Positions 20,191 to 32,375 of a DNA stretch of 64,000 bases are shown piece by piece. The notes beneath the pieces are model-generated. The model was not told the DNA's origin, did no database searches, and was given only the letters and a program-made list of their open reading frames with translations. Source of the stretch: Deinococcus sp. (GTDB lineage Bacteria > Deinococcota > Deinococci > Deinococcales > Deinococcaceae). Position 1 is the first letter of the stretch; each line of letters opens with the position of its first letter. Location: contig OZ253375.1 of NCBI GenBank assembly GCA_965261005.1, positions 2,528,001-2,592,000 of the forward strand. The letters are read 5' to 3'. The position numbers and the translations under genes are program-made.

Positions 20191-21300
20191 GTGCCTTTCC
20201 GCGCCCTCTACGTTCTCGGCTTCGCGGCCTTTGTCTTGACCGGCGCGCTTCAGGCGGGCTACGGCCCGGCCTTTGCCACCCTCGGCGCCCGCTTCGGTTT
20301 GCCCCTCGGCGAAGTCGGCCTGATCGCCAGCGCACATTTCTTCGGCACCATGGTGGGCGTGATGTTGGGCGGGGCGCTGCTGCCGCGCGTGGGCTTTCGG
20401 AGTTTGCTGCGCCTGAGCGGGGCGCTGCTCTGCGTGGGTCTGTTCGGCGTGGCCCTCGCCCCGAGCTGGCCGTTGGCGCTGGCGGGGGCGGGCCTTGCGG
20501 GGCTGGGCTTTGGCGGGGTGTCGGTCACCTTCAACGTCGGCTTCGCGCGCCTCGGGCCGGGGTCGGCGGGGGCGCTCAACCTGCTCAACGCCTGCTTCGG
20601 CGTGGGGTCGGTGCTCTCTCCCCTCGTGGTGGCGTGGCTGAACGGCGCGTGGGGGCTGTTCCTGTTGCTGGGCGCACTGGCCCTGGTCCTCGCCTTTGGC
20701 GCCGCGCGCTTGCCGGAGCTGCCCGAGCGCGTGCTGCGGCCCGCCTCCGGCCGGACGGGGGGCGTCTTGCTGGGCGCCTTCGCGCTCTTCTTCGCCTTGT
20801 ACGTGGGCGTGGAGGCCGGCGTCGGCTCGTGGATGACCACCCAACTCGCGGCCGCCGGGGTGACGGGCGCGGTGACCTGGACCAGCGCCTTTTGGCTGGC
20901 CGTGACCCTGGGGAGGGTGTTGGCCGCCCCGCTGTCGCTGAGGGTGCCCCCGGCGCGCCTCGTCGCGCTGTGCTGCGCCCTCGCGGCCCTGTCCCTGCCG
21001 CTCACCGCCTTGACCCCCGTGGCCTACCTGGTCGCCGGCCTCGCCGTCGGCCCCATCTTCGGCACGACGCTGGCGTGGTTCGGCCAACACCTGCCCACCC
21101 GGCTGGCCCCCGTCGCGCTGGCGAGCGGCGGCCTCGGCGGCACGCTGTTCCCCGCGCTGTTGGGCCGCTTGGTCGGCGCGGTCGGCACGGGAACGCTGCC
21201 CTATGCCTACGCCGCCACCGCCCTGAGCGCCCTGCTGGCGGCGCTGCTGCTGAACGTCTTGTTGGTACGGACATCCTCTGCCAAACAGCCTATTTTGTAA
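20191..21300 (+). CDS. MFS transporter
   Basis: About 12 hydrophobic segments; YVGVEAGVGSW. Confidence 0.85.
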   Translation: MPFRALYVLGFAAFVLTGALQAGYGPAFATLGARFGLPLGEVGLIASAHFFGTMVGVMLGGALLPRVGFRSLLRLSGALLCVGLFGVALAPSWPLALAGAGLAGLGFGGVSVTFNVGFARLGPGSAGALNLLNACFGVGSVLSPLVVAWLNGAWGLFLLLGALALVLAFGAARLPELPERVLRPASGRTGGVLLGAFALFFALYVGVEAGVGSWMTTQLAAAGVTGAVTWTSAFWLAVTLGRVLAAPLSLRVPPARLVALCCALAALSLPLTALTPVAYLVAGLAVGPIFGTTLAWFGQHLPTRLAPVALASGGLGGTLFPALLGRLVGAVGTGTLPYAYAATALSALLAALLLNVLLVRTSSAKQPIL

Positions 21301-21344
21301 CGTCACGCCTGTTTTGCTCAGGGCAGAACCCGTAGCATTTGGTT

Positions 21345-21490
21345 ACCACAGAAAGGGGGGTGATCCGACTGTTAAATAATAATGTTGGTGGAGGTGCCCG
21401 CCGAGGGTAGAACCTCGCTGGCTTGAGTACCCCTCAATTCCAGGCGGGTACCGAGCGCGCCGAAAGCAGATGCTTTCGGCGCGTTTTTCA
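21345..21490 (+). ncRNA. putative structured small transcript (possibly with a micro-ORF) ending in an intrinsic terminator
   Basis: TAGCAT -10 at 21333; GAAAGGGGGGTGA SD-like; GGTGCCCGCC/GGCGGGTACC stem; GCGCCGAAAGCA-ga-TGCTTTCGGCGC plus T-run. Confidence 0.4.
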
Positions 21491-21514
21491 TGTTTTCTTA
21501 CTTGAGGAGGTAAC

Positions 21515-21892
21515 TTACTTTCGCAGGTAGCTGTCGCTGCCGCTGAGCCAGTCCTGGCGCGGCGGGCTGAACACGTCCATGCCGGTGAAGTCCTCCAGCA
21601 CCTCGGCGCGGTGCGGCAGGCCGCCGGGAATCACCAGCACGTCGCCGGTGCGCAGCACGACCTCCTGCTCCCCGTGCTCGCCCAGAATCAGCTTGATGGC
21701 GCCCGAGTGGGCGATGGAGACCTGCTCGTTGTCGTGAACGTGAAAGGCCACCTCGCTGCCCGCCTTTAAGTCCAGCAGGGCGAGCATCACCCGGTCGCCC
21801 GTGATGAGTTGGCGGGTGAAGCTCGGGTTGACCTCCTCGCGCGGCACGTCGTCCCAGCGATAGCTTTTGGCCTGCACGGCTTCGGTTGGCAT
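21515..21892 (-). CDS. cupin domain protein
   Basis: HVHDNEQ...GDVLVIPGGLPH...DVFSPPRQDW. Confidence 0.85.
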   Translation of the reverse strand: MPTEAVQAKSYRWDDVPREEVNPSFTRQLITGDRVMLALLDLKAGSEVAFHVHDNEQVSIAHSGAIKLILGEHGEQEVVLRTGDVLVIPGGLPHRAEVLEDFTGMDVFSPPRQDWLSGSDSYLRK

Positions 21893-21946
21893 GGCCCACC
21901 TTAACATCCCGGCTGTATAGACTGTGGGTCATGCCGGAGACCACTT

Positions 21947-22882
21947 ATGCTTGACCGCTTGTACCGCTCGGCCGTCCTCGGTGTGGCGGGCAACAAGGGC
22001 GTGGAGAACTTGGTGCGCACGCGCGGCTGGGGCGTGGCGAAGCGCTTCGTGGCCGGCGACGAGCTGGAGGACGCCCTCGCGGCCGTGGACAAATTGGAAG
22101 CGGAGGGCATTCACGGCATCTTCGATCTGTTGGGCGAGATGGTGGAGGACGAGGCGGCGGCGAACAGCTTCGCCGAAAAGATTCTGGGCATTCTGGACGC
22201 GGTGCGGGGAAAGCCGTACCCCAAGTACCTCAGCGTCAAGCTCAGCCAGATCGGGCAGGACTTGACCACCCCGGAGGGGGCCAATTTGGGCCTCGTGAAT
22301 GCCGAGCGCATCCTGAACAAGGCGAAGGAGGTGGGCGCCTTTGTGCGGCTCGACATGGAGGACCACCCGCGCGTGGACGAGACCCTGGCGCAGTTCCGCA
22401 CCCTCATCCAGCAGTTCGGCGCGGGCACCGTTGGGACCGTCTTGCAGGCGTACCTGCGCCGCACGCCGCGAGACCTCGCCGCCGTGGAGGATTTGAAGCC
22501 TAACATTCGCTTCGTGAAGGGCGCCTACCTGGAGCCGCCCGAGGTCGCCTTTCCCGACAAGGCCGACGTGGACGCCGCCTACCGCCGCTTGGTCTACCGC
22601 CACCTGGAACTCGGCAACTACGCCGCCGTCGCCACCCACGACGAGGGCATCATCCGCGACGTGAGGCGATTTACGGCGGCGCACGGCGTCCCCAACAGTC
22701 AGTTCGAGTTCCAGATGCTCTACGGCGTGCGGCGCGATTTGGAGCGGCAACTCGCGGGGGAAGGCTACACCGTGCGCTCGTACATTCCCTACGGCCGCGA
22801 TTGGTACGCTTACTTCAGCCGCCGGGTGGCCGAGCGGCCGGCCAACGTGATGTTCGTGCTGCGGGGCATGGTGAGGGGCTAG
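21947..22882 (+). CDS. monofunctional proline dehydrogenase
   Basis: [46 protein letters not shown]. Confidence 0.93.
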   Translation: MLDRLYRSAVLGVAGNKGVENLVRTRGWGVAKRFVAGDELEDALAAVDKLEAEGIHGIFDLLGEMVEDEAAANSFAEKILGILDAVRGKPYPKYLSVKLSQIGQDLTTPEGANLGLVNAERILNKAKEVGAFVRLDMEDHPRVDETLAQFRTLIQQFGAGTVGTVLQAYLRRTPRDLAAVEDLKPNIRFVKGAYLEPPEVAFPDKADVDAAYRRLVYRHLELGNYAAVATHDEGIIRDVRRFTAAHGVPNSQFEFQMLYGVRRDLERQLAGEGYTVRSYIPYGRDWYAYFSRRVAERPANVMFVLRGMVRG

Positions 22883-23202
22883 TGCTGGAGCTGAGGGCGG
22901 GGGCGTTCAACCTGTACGTTCTCGGCGTGGCGGACGAGCTGGAGTTGGCGCGAGTTGGCAGCGTGGACCTGCTCATCGGGTTGGCGGGCGGGGGGCGCTT
23001 CGCGGGCACGGCGCGCACCCTGGCCGACCTGGACGCGAACCTGGCTTTGTACCTGCCCGTCACCGACAGCATCGTGGTCCGGGAACTGACGCCGGAGGTG
23101 CTGCTGGGTGCGGTCGCCGATCTGCTGGAGGGTGGCGTGCTGGACGAGGTGTTTCTGGAGGTCTTAGAGGAGATCGGCCTGGAAGAGGTCGGGCCGTCGT
23201 GA
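22882..23202 (+). CDS. hypothetical protein
   Basis: Fills the gap with overlapping stop/start at both ends. Confidence 0.55.
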   Translation: MLELRAGAFNLYVLGVADELELARVGSVDLLIGLAGGGRFAGTARTLADLDANLALYLPVTDSIVVRELTPEVLLGAVADLLEGGVLDEVFLEVLEEIGLEEVGPS

Positions 23203-24500
23203 CGCCCGTCTCCGCCGTGCTGCTCGGCGCCGGCAACCGGGGCGGGGACGTGTACGGCGCTTGGGCGCTGGAACACCCCGGCGAGCTGAAGGTGGTCGCC
23301 GTGGCGGAGGCGGACCCGGTGAGGCGGGCCAAGTTCGTGGCCTCGCACGGCTTACCAACGGACGCTCAGTTCCCTTCCTGGCGCGACTTGCTGGCGCGGC
23401 CTCAGTTGGCGCAGGCGGTCATCGTCGCCCTGCCCGACGCCGAGCACGAGGCCAGCGCCCTCGCCGCCTTTGAGGCGGGCTACCACGTCCTGCTGGAAAA
23501 GCCCATCGCGCCGACCCCGGCGGGGACACGGGCGGTCGTGGACGCGGCGCGCGCCGCCGGCAAGCTGCTGATGCTGGGCTACGTGCTGCGGCACACCCGC
23601 TTTTTTCTGACCCTTCGGGAGGTGGTGCGCTCGGGGCGGCTGGGGGACATCGTGGACGTCGCTTGGCGCGAGAACGTCCACGCGCTGCACTTCACCCATT
23701 CTTACGTGCGGGGGAACTGGGCGAACGAGACGGCGTCCAGCCCCATGCTCCTGGCCAAGGCCAGCCACGACCTCGACTTGTTGGGCTGGGTGACGGGCCT
23801 GAGCGTCGCGCGGCTGTCGAGCTTCGGCGGGCTGCTGTACTTCCGCCCCGAACACGCCCCCCCTGGCGCCCCCGCACGCTGCCTGGACGGCTGCCCCGCC
23901 GCCGAGGCATGCCCCTTCTACGCGCCCAAGACCTACCTGACAGAACGTACCGGCTGGCCCGCCAGCGTGATCTCTCCCGATTCAAGTTTGGAGGCGCGCA
24001 CGGAAGCTTTGCGCCACGGCCCCTACGGCCGCTGCGTCTTTCACGCCGGCAACGACGTGGTGGACCATCAGGTGGTCGCCTTTGAGTTCGAGGGTGGCGC
24101 AGGCGGCAACCTGACCGTCCACGGCCACTCGGGCACCGAGGGGCGCAGCGTGCGGATGGACGGGACGAAGGCGACCCTGCGCGGCGTCTTCACGGCCGAC
24201 CTTCAGAGAATCAGCGTGCAGGACCACACCCCGGTCAGCTTCTTCGGCGAGCAGCAGCCTGAACCCGTGCCGCTGGAAATCGCCCCCGGCATGGCGGGCG
24301 GCGGGCACGGCGGCGGCGATAGCGGTTTGATGTTTGCTTTTGTAGAAGCCGCGCGTGAAGGGTTGACTCTGCCGCTCGACCTCGAAGTCGAGAGCCATAC
24401 GCTGGCCTTCGCCGCCGAGGAGGCGCGCAAAAATGGGCGCGTGGTTGACTTGAGCGCGTTTCGCGCCACAGACTCCTCTTCACAAGGAGCACTCCCATGA
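23199..24500 (+). CDS. Gfo/Idh/MocA oxidoreductase
   Basis: [28 protein letters not shown]. Confidence 0.9.
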   Translation: MTPVSAVLLGAGNRGGDVYGAWALEHPGELKVVAVAEADPVRRAKFVASHGLPTDAQFPSWRDLLARPQLAQAVIVALPDAEHEASALAAFEAGYHVLLEKPIAPTPAGTRAVVDAARAAGKLLMLGYVLRHTRFFLTLREVVRSGRLGDIVDVAWRENVHALHFTHSYVRGNWANETASSPMLLAKASHDLDLLGWVTGLSVARLSSFGGLLYFRPEHAPPGAPARCLDGCPAAEACPFYAPKTYLTERTGWPASVISPDSSLEARTEALRHGPYGRCVFHAGNDVVDHQVVAFEFEGGAGGNLTVHGHSGTEGRSVRMDGTKATLRGVFTADLQRISVQDHTPVSFFGEQQPEPVPLEIAPGMAGGGHGGGDSGLMFAFVEAAREGLTLPLDLEVESHTLAFAAEEARKNGRVVDLSAFRATDSSSQGALP

Positions 24501-26050
24501 CCCTGAAACTCTCCCCCTACCGCAACGAACCCTTCACCGACTTCTCGCTGCCGGAAAATCAGGTCGCCTACCGCGAGGCGCTGGCCTACGTCCGCAGCAC
24601 CTTCGGGCGGACTTATTCCCTTGTCATCGGCGGCGAGCGCGTCGAGACACCCGAAAAAATAGAGAGCGTCAACCCCGCCAGAACTTCAGAAGTCATCGGC
24701 TTTACCGCCAAGGCCAGGATCGAGGACGCCGAGAGGGCGTTGGAGGTCGGCTGGGCCGCTTGGCAAAGCTGGAAGACCTGGGAGATGGAGGCGCGCGCCC
24801 GCGTGCTGGTCAAGGCCGCCGCTCTCTTGCGCCGCCGCAAGCACCTCTTCTCGGCGCTGCTGACGCTGGAGGCGGGCAAGAACTGGGCCGAGGCCGACGG
24901 CGACACCGCCGAGGCGATTGACTTTCTGGAGTATTACGCGCGCCAGAGCCTCAAGTACGCCCTCGCCGGCGAAACCTACGACTCCCCAGGGGAGGAGAAC
25001 CGCCTGGAGCACATCCCCCTCGGGGTGGGCGTCTCGATCAGCCCATGGAACTTTCCCCTCGCGATCTTCGCGGGGATGCTGGCCGCCCCCATCGTGGTGG
25101 GGAACTGCGTGATCGCCAAGCCGGCCGAGGACACCGGCGTGATCGCCGCCTGGTTCGTGGACCTGATGCACGAGGCGGGGTTGCCGCCCGGCGTGCTGTC
25201 ATACCTGCCGGGTCTTGGTGAGGAGGTCGGGGATTATCTGGTCAAGCACCCCAAGACGCGCTTCGTGACCTTCACCGGCTCGCAGGAGGTGGGCCTCCTC
25301 ATCAACCAGAACGCCGCCAGGCCCCAACAGGGCCAGCGCTGGATCAAGCGGGTCGTGCTGGAGATGGGCGGCAAGGACGCCATCGTGGTGGACGAGACGG
25401 CCGATTTGGAGGCCGCCGCGAGCGCCGCCGTGGCGAGCGCCTACGGTTTCGCGGGCCAGAAGTGCAGCGCCATGAGCCGCCTGATCGTGGTGGACGCGGT
25501 TCACGACGCCCTGATGGATAAGGTGGTGGAAAAGACCCGCGCCCTGACCCTTGGCAGCGGCGAGGACAACGCCGACGTGACCCCCGTGGTGAACGCGGAC
25601 AGCTTCGAGAAGGTCGGCCGCTACATCGAGATCGGCCAGGGGGAAGGGCAACTCCTGACCGGGGGCACCCTCGACGGCTCGGTGGGCCACTTCGTCACGC
25701 CGACCATCTTCGACGACGTGCCGGCGGGGGCAAAGGTGGCCGGCGACGAGATCTTCGGCCCCGTGATGGCGGTGCTGCGCGCCCGCGACTGGGATCACGC
25801 CCTCCAGCTCGCCAACGACACCGAGTACGGCCTGACCGGGGGCGTCTTCACGGGGAGGCGCGAGCGCGTCGAGCAGGCCAGGCGCGAGTTCCAGGTCGGC
25901 AACCTCTACATCAACCGCAAGATCACCGGCGCCCTCGTGGGCGTGCAGCCCTTCGGCGGCTTCAACATGAGCGGCACCGACTCCAAGGCGGGCGGGCCGA
26001 ACTACCTGGAGTACTTCTTGCAGCTCAAGACGGTGACGGAGCGGTTTTAG
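24497..26050 (+). CDS. pruA: 1-pyrroline-5-carboxylate (glutamate semialdehyde) dehydrogenase
   Basis: [42 protein letters not shown]; co-located with PRODH. Confidence 0.92.
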   Translation: MTLKLSPYRNEPFTDFSLPENQVAYREALAYVRSTFGRTYSLVIGGERVETPEKIESVNPARTSEVIGFTAKARIEDAERALEVGWAAWQSWKTWEMEARARVLVKAAALLRRRKHLFSALLTLEAGKNWAEADGDTAEAIDFLEYYARQSLKYALAGETYDSPGEENRLEHIPLGVGVSISPWNFPLAIFAGMLAAPIVVGNCVIAKPAEDTGVIAAWFVDLMHEAGLPPGVLSYLPGLGEEVGDYLVKHPKTRFVTFTGSQEVGLLINQNAARPQQGQRWIKRVVLEMGGKDAIVVDETADLEAAASAAVASAYGFAGQKCSAMSRLIVVDAVHDALMDKVVEKTRALTLGSGEDNADVTPVVNADSFEKVGRYIEIGQGEGQLLTGGTLDGSVGHFVTPTIFDDVPAGAKVAGDEIFGPVMAVLRARDWDHALQLANDTEYGLTGGVFTGRRERVEQARREFQVGNLYINRKITGALVGVQPFGGFNMSGTDSKAGGPNYLEYFLQLKTVTERF

Positions 26051-26124
26051 GGAAGGGCGCCGTTTATGCTCGGGGTATGTCGTCCCACGCCACGCTCAGC
26101 TGAAACCCGCTGATGGAGGAATCT

Positions 26125-27609
26125 ATGAAAGCACTTCCAAGAACGCTCGCTCTGGTCGGTTTCGCCTTGCTCCTCGGCGCCTGTGGTCAGAACGCTGCCG
26201 AGAAGCCCGTGCCAATCGAGAGCGACCTGCCGGCCATTCCCATCGCGCAGCGCCCAGCCCAGCCCGACTGCGGGCAGAACGTTGTCGCGCAGGCGGGCGG
26301 CATTCGCAACTTCCGCTTTGAGAACCACTTCGCGCCCAGCAAGGTGCGCGCCCAGGGAACGGCGGAGCTGGCCGACACCGTGCAGGGCGAGCTGATCTCC
26401 GCGCGTTCGAGCCTGAACAGCTACTACTACGGCTTCAGCAGCGTGGACCGCGCGGCGCTGAACACAAAGTACGAGGCGCTGTTCCGAAAAGACCGTCCCG
26501 GCAACCTCGCGTCCTACGGCCTGAACGACCAGACCGATCAGCTGATGGACCAGTACATCGGCGACATGAACGACCCGCACACCTACTTCCTGAACGCGGA
26601 CATCTATCAGTTCATCAAGGACGTGATTCAGGGCAACGCGCAGCCCGCGCCCAGCTTCGGCTTCTTCTTCCGCCCCGTCCCGAACGCGGACGGCGCCGTC
26701 TTGGTGGACGTGCGCGGCGACTCCCCCGCCTTTGCGGCCGGGCTGCGCCGGGGCGACGTGATCGTGTCCATTGACGGCCAGCCGCTGAGGCGCTCGGGCG
26801 ACGATGAGGCCACCTTTGCAGCCTACGCCAAGCTGCGCGCCGCCGCCGCCGCGAAAAAGCAGCCCGTGCCCATCGCGTACCGCCGCGCTGGTGGGGCGCA
26901 GACCATCAACCTGACGGGCGCCGTGCTCAGCGCGGCCGAGCTGCCGTGGGGCGAGGTGCGCACGGACGCGGCGGGGCAGAAGCAGTTCTACCTGCGCCTT
27001 CCGACCTTTGAACCCGTGGGCGCCGCGCAACGCGTTCATGACCTGGTCGCGCAGGCCAAGGCGGCGGGCGTGAGGGGCGTAATCGTGGACCTGCGCGACA
27101 ACGGCGGCGGCCTGATTACCGAGTATCTCGCGTCGGCGGGCGCCTTCGCTCCCGCCACGACGGGCAATATCCTAGAGAACCTCAGCGCCGACGACGCGAC
27201 GGCCAAGTACGCCGGGAACGGCAACCTCAGCGTGAGCAGCGTCTGCGAGAAGACGGTCCAAACCATCCCCTACGTCCAAAACGCCCAGGAGTGGACCGGC
27301 AACGTCGCCGTTCTGGTCAACGGCAACAGCGCCAGCGGCTCGGAGTACTTCTCGCAGGCGCTCCGCCTCGGCGGCAAGGCGTCCATTCTCGGCGAGAAGA
27401 CCTACGGCGCCGGCAACACCTTTACCAACTTCTTCGATCTGCCGGGTGGCCGCGCTATGACCGTGACGCTGGGCCGCTCGCGCCAACTGAACGGCGCGTA
27501 CAACCCCGAGGACATCCTGCCCGACAACGTGCAGCCCGACGACCTCGCCAAGCTCGCCGCCGGCAACGACCTCGCCCTCAACGCGGCCTTCGCCTATCTG
27601 GACAAGTAG
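26125..27609 (+). CDS. S41 family peptidase lipoprotein with PDZ domain
   Basis: LLGAC lipobox; SPA..AGLRRGD; DLRDNGGG; SASGSE; GEKTYG. Confidence 0.88.
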   Translation: MKALPRTLALVGFALLLGACGQNAAEKPVPIESDLPAIPIAQRPAQPDCGQNVVAQAGGIRNFRFENHFAPSKVRAQGTAELADTVQGELISARSSLNSYYYGFSSVDRAALNTKYEALFRKDRPGNLASYGLNDQTDQLMDQYIGDMNDPHTYFLNADIYQFIKDVIQGNAQPAPSFGFFFRPVPNADGAVLVDVRGDSPAFAAGLRRGDVIVSIDGQPLRRSGDDEATFAAYAKLRAAAAAKKQPVPIAYRRAGGAQTINLTGAVLSAAELPWGEVRTDAAGQKQFYLRLPTFEPVGAAQRVHDLVAQAKAAGVRGVIVDLRDNGGGLITEYLASAGAFAPATTGNILENLSADDATAKYAGNGNLSVSSVCEKTVQTIPYVQNAQEWTGNVAVLVNGNSASGSEYFSQALRLGGKASILGEKTYGAGNTFTNFFDLPGGRAMTVTLGRSRQLNGAYNPEDILPDNVQPDDLAKLAAGNDLALNAAFAYLDK

Positions 27610-27684
27610 AGGGAACAGTTTGTCAGAAAGCGCTTTCCGGAGGGGAGGCGCTTTTTCACGTTCTGCCGCTCGTAATCGTTCGGC

Positions 27685-29018
<1,334 letters not shown>

Positions 29019-29022
<4 letters not shown>

Positions 29023-29669
29023 ATGTTCGCCCCCTTCTGCCGCGCGGCCCGGTTCAGCAGGTCGCGCACCTCCTCGTCCCTGGTCTGCCCGAAGTCCCGG
29101 TACACCTGCCCCACCGCCGAAAAGAAGTTCGGCGTCAGCAAACACACGACCTCGTCCACCTCACGGCGCAGGGCCTCACAGGTGTCCGCGCCGGCGACCG
29201 GCACGGCAATGATCACTTGCAAAGCTCCCAGCGGTTTCACGGCGCGCACGGCGGCGCGCATGGTGGCGCCGGTCGCCAGGCCGTCGTCCACCAGGATGGC
29301 CGTCTTGCCGCTCAAATCCAGCGGCGGGCGGCCGTCCCGGTAGGCGGCCTCGCGCCGCTCCAGCTCGCGTCCCTCCGCCCCCGCGACGCGCTCGATGGCC
29401 GCCTCCGAAACCCCGAAGTGGCGCACGACCTCCTCGTTCAACACCCGCACGCCGTGGGCGACGGCGCCCATCGCCAACTCCGGGTGTCCCGGCAAGCCGA
29501 GCTTGCGCACCACGAACACGTCGAGGGGCGCCCCGAGGCGCCGCGCCACCTCATAAGCGACCGGCACGCCGCCGCGCGGCAGGGCCAGAACGGCGGTATC
29601 GTCGCGATTCACATATTTCAAGAGCATCTCGGCCAGCTGCCGCCCCGCGTCACGCCGATTCTCGAACAT
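29019..29669 (-). CDS. phosphoribosyltransferase family protein
   Basis: RRDAGRQLA, LPRGGVPVA, ILVDDGLATGAT. Confidence 0.9.
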
Positions 29670-29733
29670 GTCACCTCCAGTTTTGAAGCTAACAGGCGCG
29701 GCGGTGTGGCGGCCCAAAGGTTGCTCAAGCGTG

Positions 29734-30768
29734 CTACAGGGTTTGCTCAGGTTTCACCGTCCAGCACGCTTCCCGCGGCACCGACAGCCGCAGTTCATCG
29801 CCGGGCGCGTGGACCTGAGAGGGGAGAGCGTGCCACTCCAAAAGCTGGCCCCCGCTTCGCAAGCTGTAGCGCCGAAACGGGCCGGCGAACTCGGCGTGCT
29901 CGATCACGGCGTCAAAAGCGTTCACTCCGCCGCCCATACTCAGCGCTTCGGGGCGAAAGGTCAGCGTGACGGGGCCGTGGGATGTGGTCGCCACCTCGAA
30001 GTGGCCCAGCCGGGTTCGCACAACCTGCCCCTCCTGCTCGCCCTCGACAAAATTCACCCCGCCGAAAAAGCGCGCCACCTCCAGGGTCGCCGGCCGCGCG
30101 TAGAAGTCCTCGGGCGGCCCGACTTGCACCAGCCGCCCGCCGCTCAGAAAGCCGAGGCGCCCCGCCATCGCCAGGGCCTCCTCCTGATCGTGGGTGACGA
30201 GGACGGTGGTGGTGCCGCTCTCACGCTGCACCTCGACCACCCAGGCGCGCAGCTCGCGCCGCAGCGGGGCGTCCAGGGCGCTGAAGGGTTCGTCGAGCAG
30301 CAAGAGGCGCGGCCGGGTCATCAGCGCGCGGGCCAGGGCGACGCGCTGCTCCTGGCCGCCCGACAGCTGCCTGGGGAGCCGGGCGCCGTAGCCGGACAGG
30401 CCGACGCGCGCCAGCATCTCGGCGACTTGAGCGGCGATTTCACCTTTTTGCTCCCCGCGCATTTGCGGCCCAAAGGCGAGGTTGGCCGCCACGCTCAGGT
30501 GGGGAAACAGCAGCGGCTTTTGAAAGACGAGGCCGATCTCGCGCCGCTCGGCGGGCAGAGGGAGCAGAGAAGCGCCGCCCAGCAGAATGTCCCCCGCGTC
30601 CGGTTGTTCCAGGCCCGCTATGAGCCGCAATAAGGTCGTCTTGCCGCTGCCCGACGCCCCCAGCAGGGCGAAGCGCTCGCCGGGGGCCACCTCCAGCGAG
30701 ACGTTCCTCAGCACGGCGCCCCCACCAGGAAACGACTTGGAGAGGTCGTGCAGGACAAGATCGCTCAC
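29734..30768 (-). CDS. ABC transporter ATP-binding subunit
   Basis: GASGSGKT, LSGGQ, LLDEPF, THDQEEA, TOBE-like tail. Confidence 0.9.
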   Translation of the reverse strand: MSDLVLHDLSKSFPGGGAVLRNVSLEVAPGERFALLGASGSGKTTLLRLIAGLEQPDAGDILLGGASLLPLPAERREIGLVFQKPLLFPHLSVAANLAFGPQMRGEQKGEIAAQVAEMLARVGLSGYGARLPRQLSGGQEQRVALARALMTRPRLLLLDEPFSALDAPLRRELRAWVVEVQRESGTTTVLVTHDQEEALAMAGRLGFLSGGRLVQVGPPEDFYARPATLEVARFFGGVNFVEGEQEGQVVRTRLGHFEVATTSHGPVTLTFRPEALSMGGGVNAFDAVIEHAEFAGPFRRYSLRSGGQLLEWHALPSQVHAPGDELRLSVPREACWTVKPEQTL

Positions 30769-31538
30769 GTCCGCCACCCCTGCGCCCCCCGCGCGACCAC
30801 GGCGAAGATCAGCAGCGTGGGCGCCACATATACTAAGGCCAGCGCCGCCGTGATGGCGAGGTCCCCGCCCGCCGCCGAGGCGAACAGCAACAGCGGCAAG
30901 GTCGTCACCTGCCCGCCGCCCACGATCAGGGTCAGCAGGTACTCGCCCCACGACACCAAAAAGGCGAACAGCGCCGCGATGAGCATGCCGGGCAGGATGA
31001 GGGGCAGCGTGACCCGCGTGAAGACCCGCCCCCGGCTGGCCCCCAAAGAACGCGCGGCCTCTTCTAAGCGCGAATCATATTGCTGAAAGACCCCGGTGAG
31101 CAGCACCACGGCGTAGGGCACCGCCGGGATCAATTGCGCGATCACCACGCCGGCGCGGGTGTCGGCCAGGCCCAACTTGATAAAGACGACCTGCACGCCC
31201 ATCACGCCCGCAAAGGCGGGCAGCACCAAGGGAGAAAGGATCAGCGCCGTGACGGGGCCGCGCGCCCGCGTGGCGCCGGCCAGCACCCGCGCGGCGGGCA
31301 GCGCGATGGGGACGGCCAGCGCGGTCACGGCCGAGGCCACCCACACACTGCCCCCCAACGCTTCCCAGATCTGCGAGGTCGGCGCGAACAGCGCTTGCCA
31401 GGCCCGTACACTCAGCTCGCTGGGCCACAGGGCCGGGTAGTACCAGCGCAAACTGAAGGACCACACCAAGAGGAGGGCCAGCGGCAGCAGCGCCGAAACG
31501 GCCAGAATGACGATCAAGAGGCCCTTCGTGATCCTCAC
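30765..31538 (-). CDS. ABC transporter permease
   Basis: EEAARSLGA motif, hydrophobic. Confidence 0.88.
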   Translation of the reverse strand: MRITKGLLIVILAVSALLPLALLLVWSFSLRWYYPALWPSELSVRAWQALFAPTSQIWEALGGSVWVASAVTALAVPIALPAARVLAGATRARGPVTALILSPLVLPAFAGVMGVQVVFIKLGLADTRAGVVIAQLIPAVPYAVVLLTGVFQQYDSRLEEAARSLGASRGRVFTRVTLPLILPGMLIAALFAFLVSWGEYLLTLIVGGGQVTTLPLLLFASAAGGDLAITAALALVYVAPTLLIFAVVARGAQGWRT

Positions 31539-32362
31539 GCCACCCGCCGGGTCGCGCGCACGTAGAGCCACACCAGCGGCGCGCCGAACAGGGCGACCAC
31601 GACGCTGAGGGCCATCGCCGCCGCGCGCCGGCCCAAGTCGGTGTCGGTAAAGGCCCGGTAGGCCAGCACCGGCAGCGTGGTGGGCGAGGTGGCGCCCAGC
31701 AGGGAGGGCACCTCGAACGAGGACAGGGTGTAGGCGAAGACCAGCACCGAGGCGGCCAGCAGCGAGGGAACGATGAGCGGCAGCGTGACCCGCAACAGCC
31801 GCGCGGCTGGGGCGGCGCCCAACGTTCTGGCCGCCTCCAGCAGGCGGGGGTCAATTTGCGCCAAGGCCGCCAGCACCGCCAAGCCGGTAAAGGGCGTCTC
31901 CTTCCAGACCAGCTCCAGAATCACGCCCAGCCCGCGCCCGTCGTAGAGCAGCGCGGGAAAGTCGGCCGGTCCCGCCGTCAAGCCCGCCGCGTGGATCAGG
32001 CGCGACAAGAGGCCGCTCTGCGAGACCATCAGCAGCGTGACGACGGCGGCGACCACGTGCGGAATCGGCAGCGTCAGCGCGAACAGGAAGCGCAGCAGGC
32101 CACCCCTCAGCGAGTGCAAGACCAGCGCGAAGGCGGTGCCGAAGACCGCCGCCAAGCTTGTTGCCGCGAAGGCAATCCACAAACTCAGGCCCAGCGAGCG
32201 CCAGAATTCGCCGGAGGTCAGCAGTTCCCGGTAAGCGTCCAGGCTCAGACCGCCCGGCGCGCCGTAGACCGCGTACCCCAGGCTTTGCAGCAGGGCCAAC
32301 ACCAGCCCCCCGCCGAACAGCAGCGCCGTCACGGTCAGGGCGGGCAGCAGGCCGGGGCGCAT
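31535..32362 (-). CDS. ABC transporter permease
   Basis: EAARTLGA motif, hydrophobic. Confidence 0.88.
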   Translation of the reverse strand: MRPGLLPALTVTALLFGGGLVLALLQSLGYAVYGAPGGLSLDAYRELLTSGEFWRSLGLSLWIAFAATSLAAVFGTAFALVLHSLRGGLLRFLFALTLPIPHVVAAVVTLLMVSQSGLLSRLIHAAGLTAGPADFPALLYDGRGLGVILELVWKETPFTGLAVLAALAQIDPRLLEAARTLGAAPAARLLRVTLPLIVPSLLAASVLVFAYTLSSFEVPSLLGATSPTTLPVLAYRAFTDTDLGRRAAAMALSVVVALFGAPLVWLYVRATRRVA

Positions 32363-32375
32363 TACTTCAGAACCA

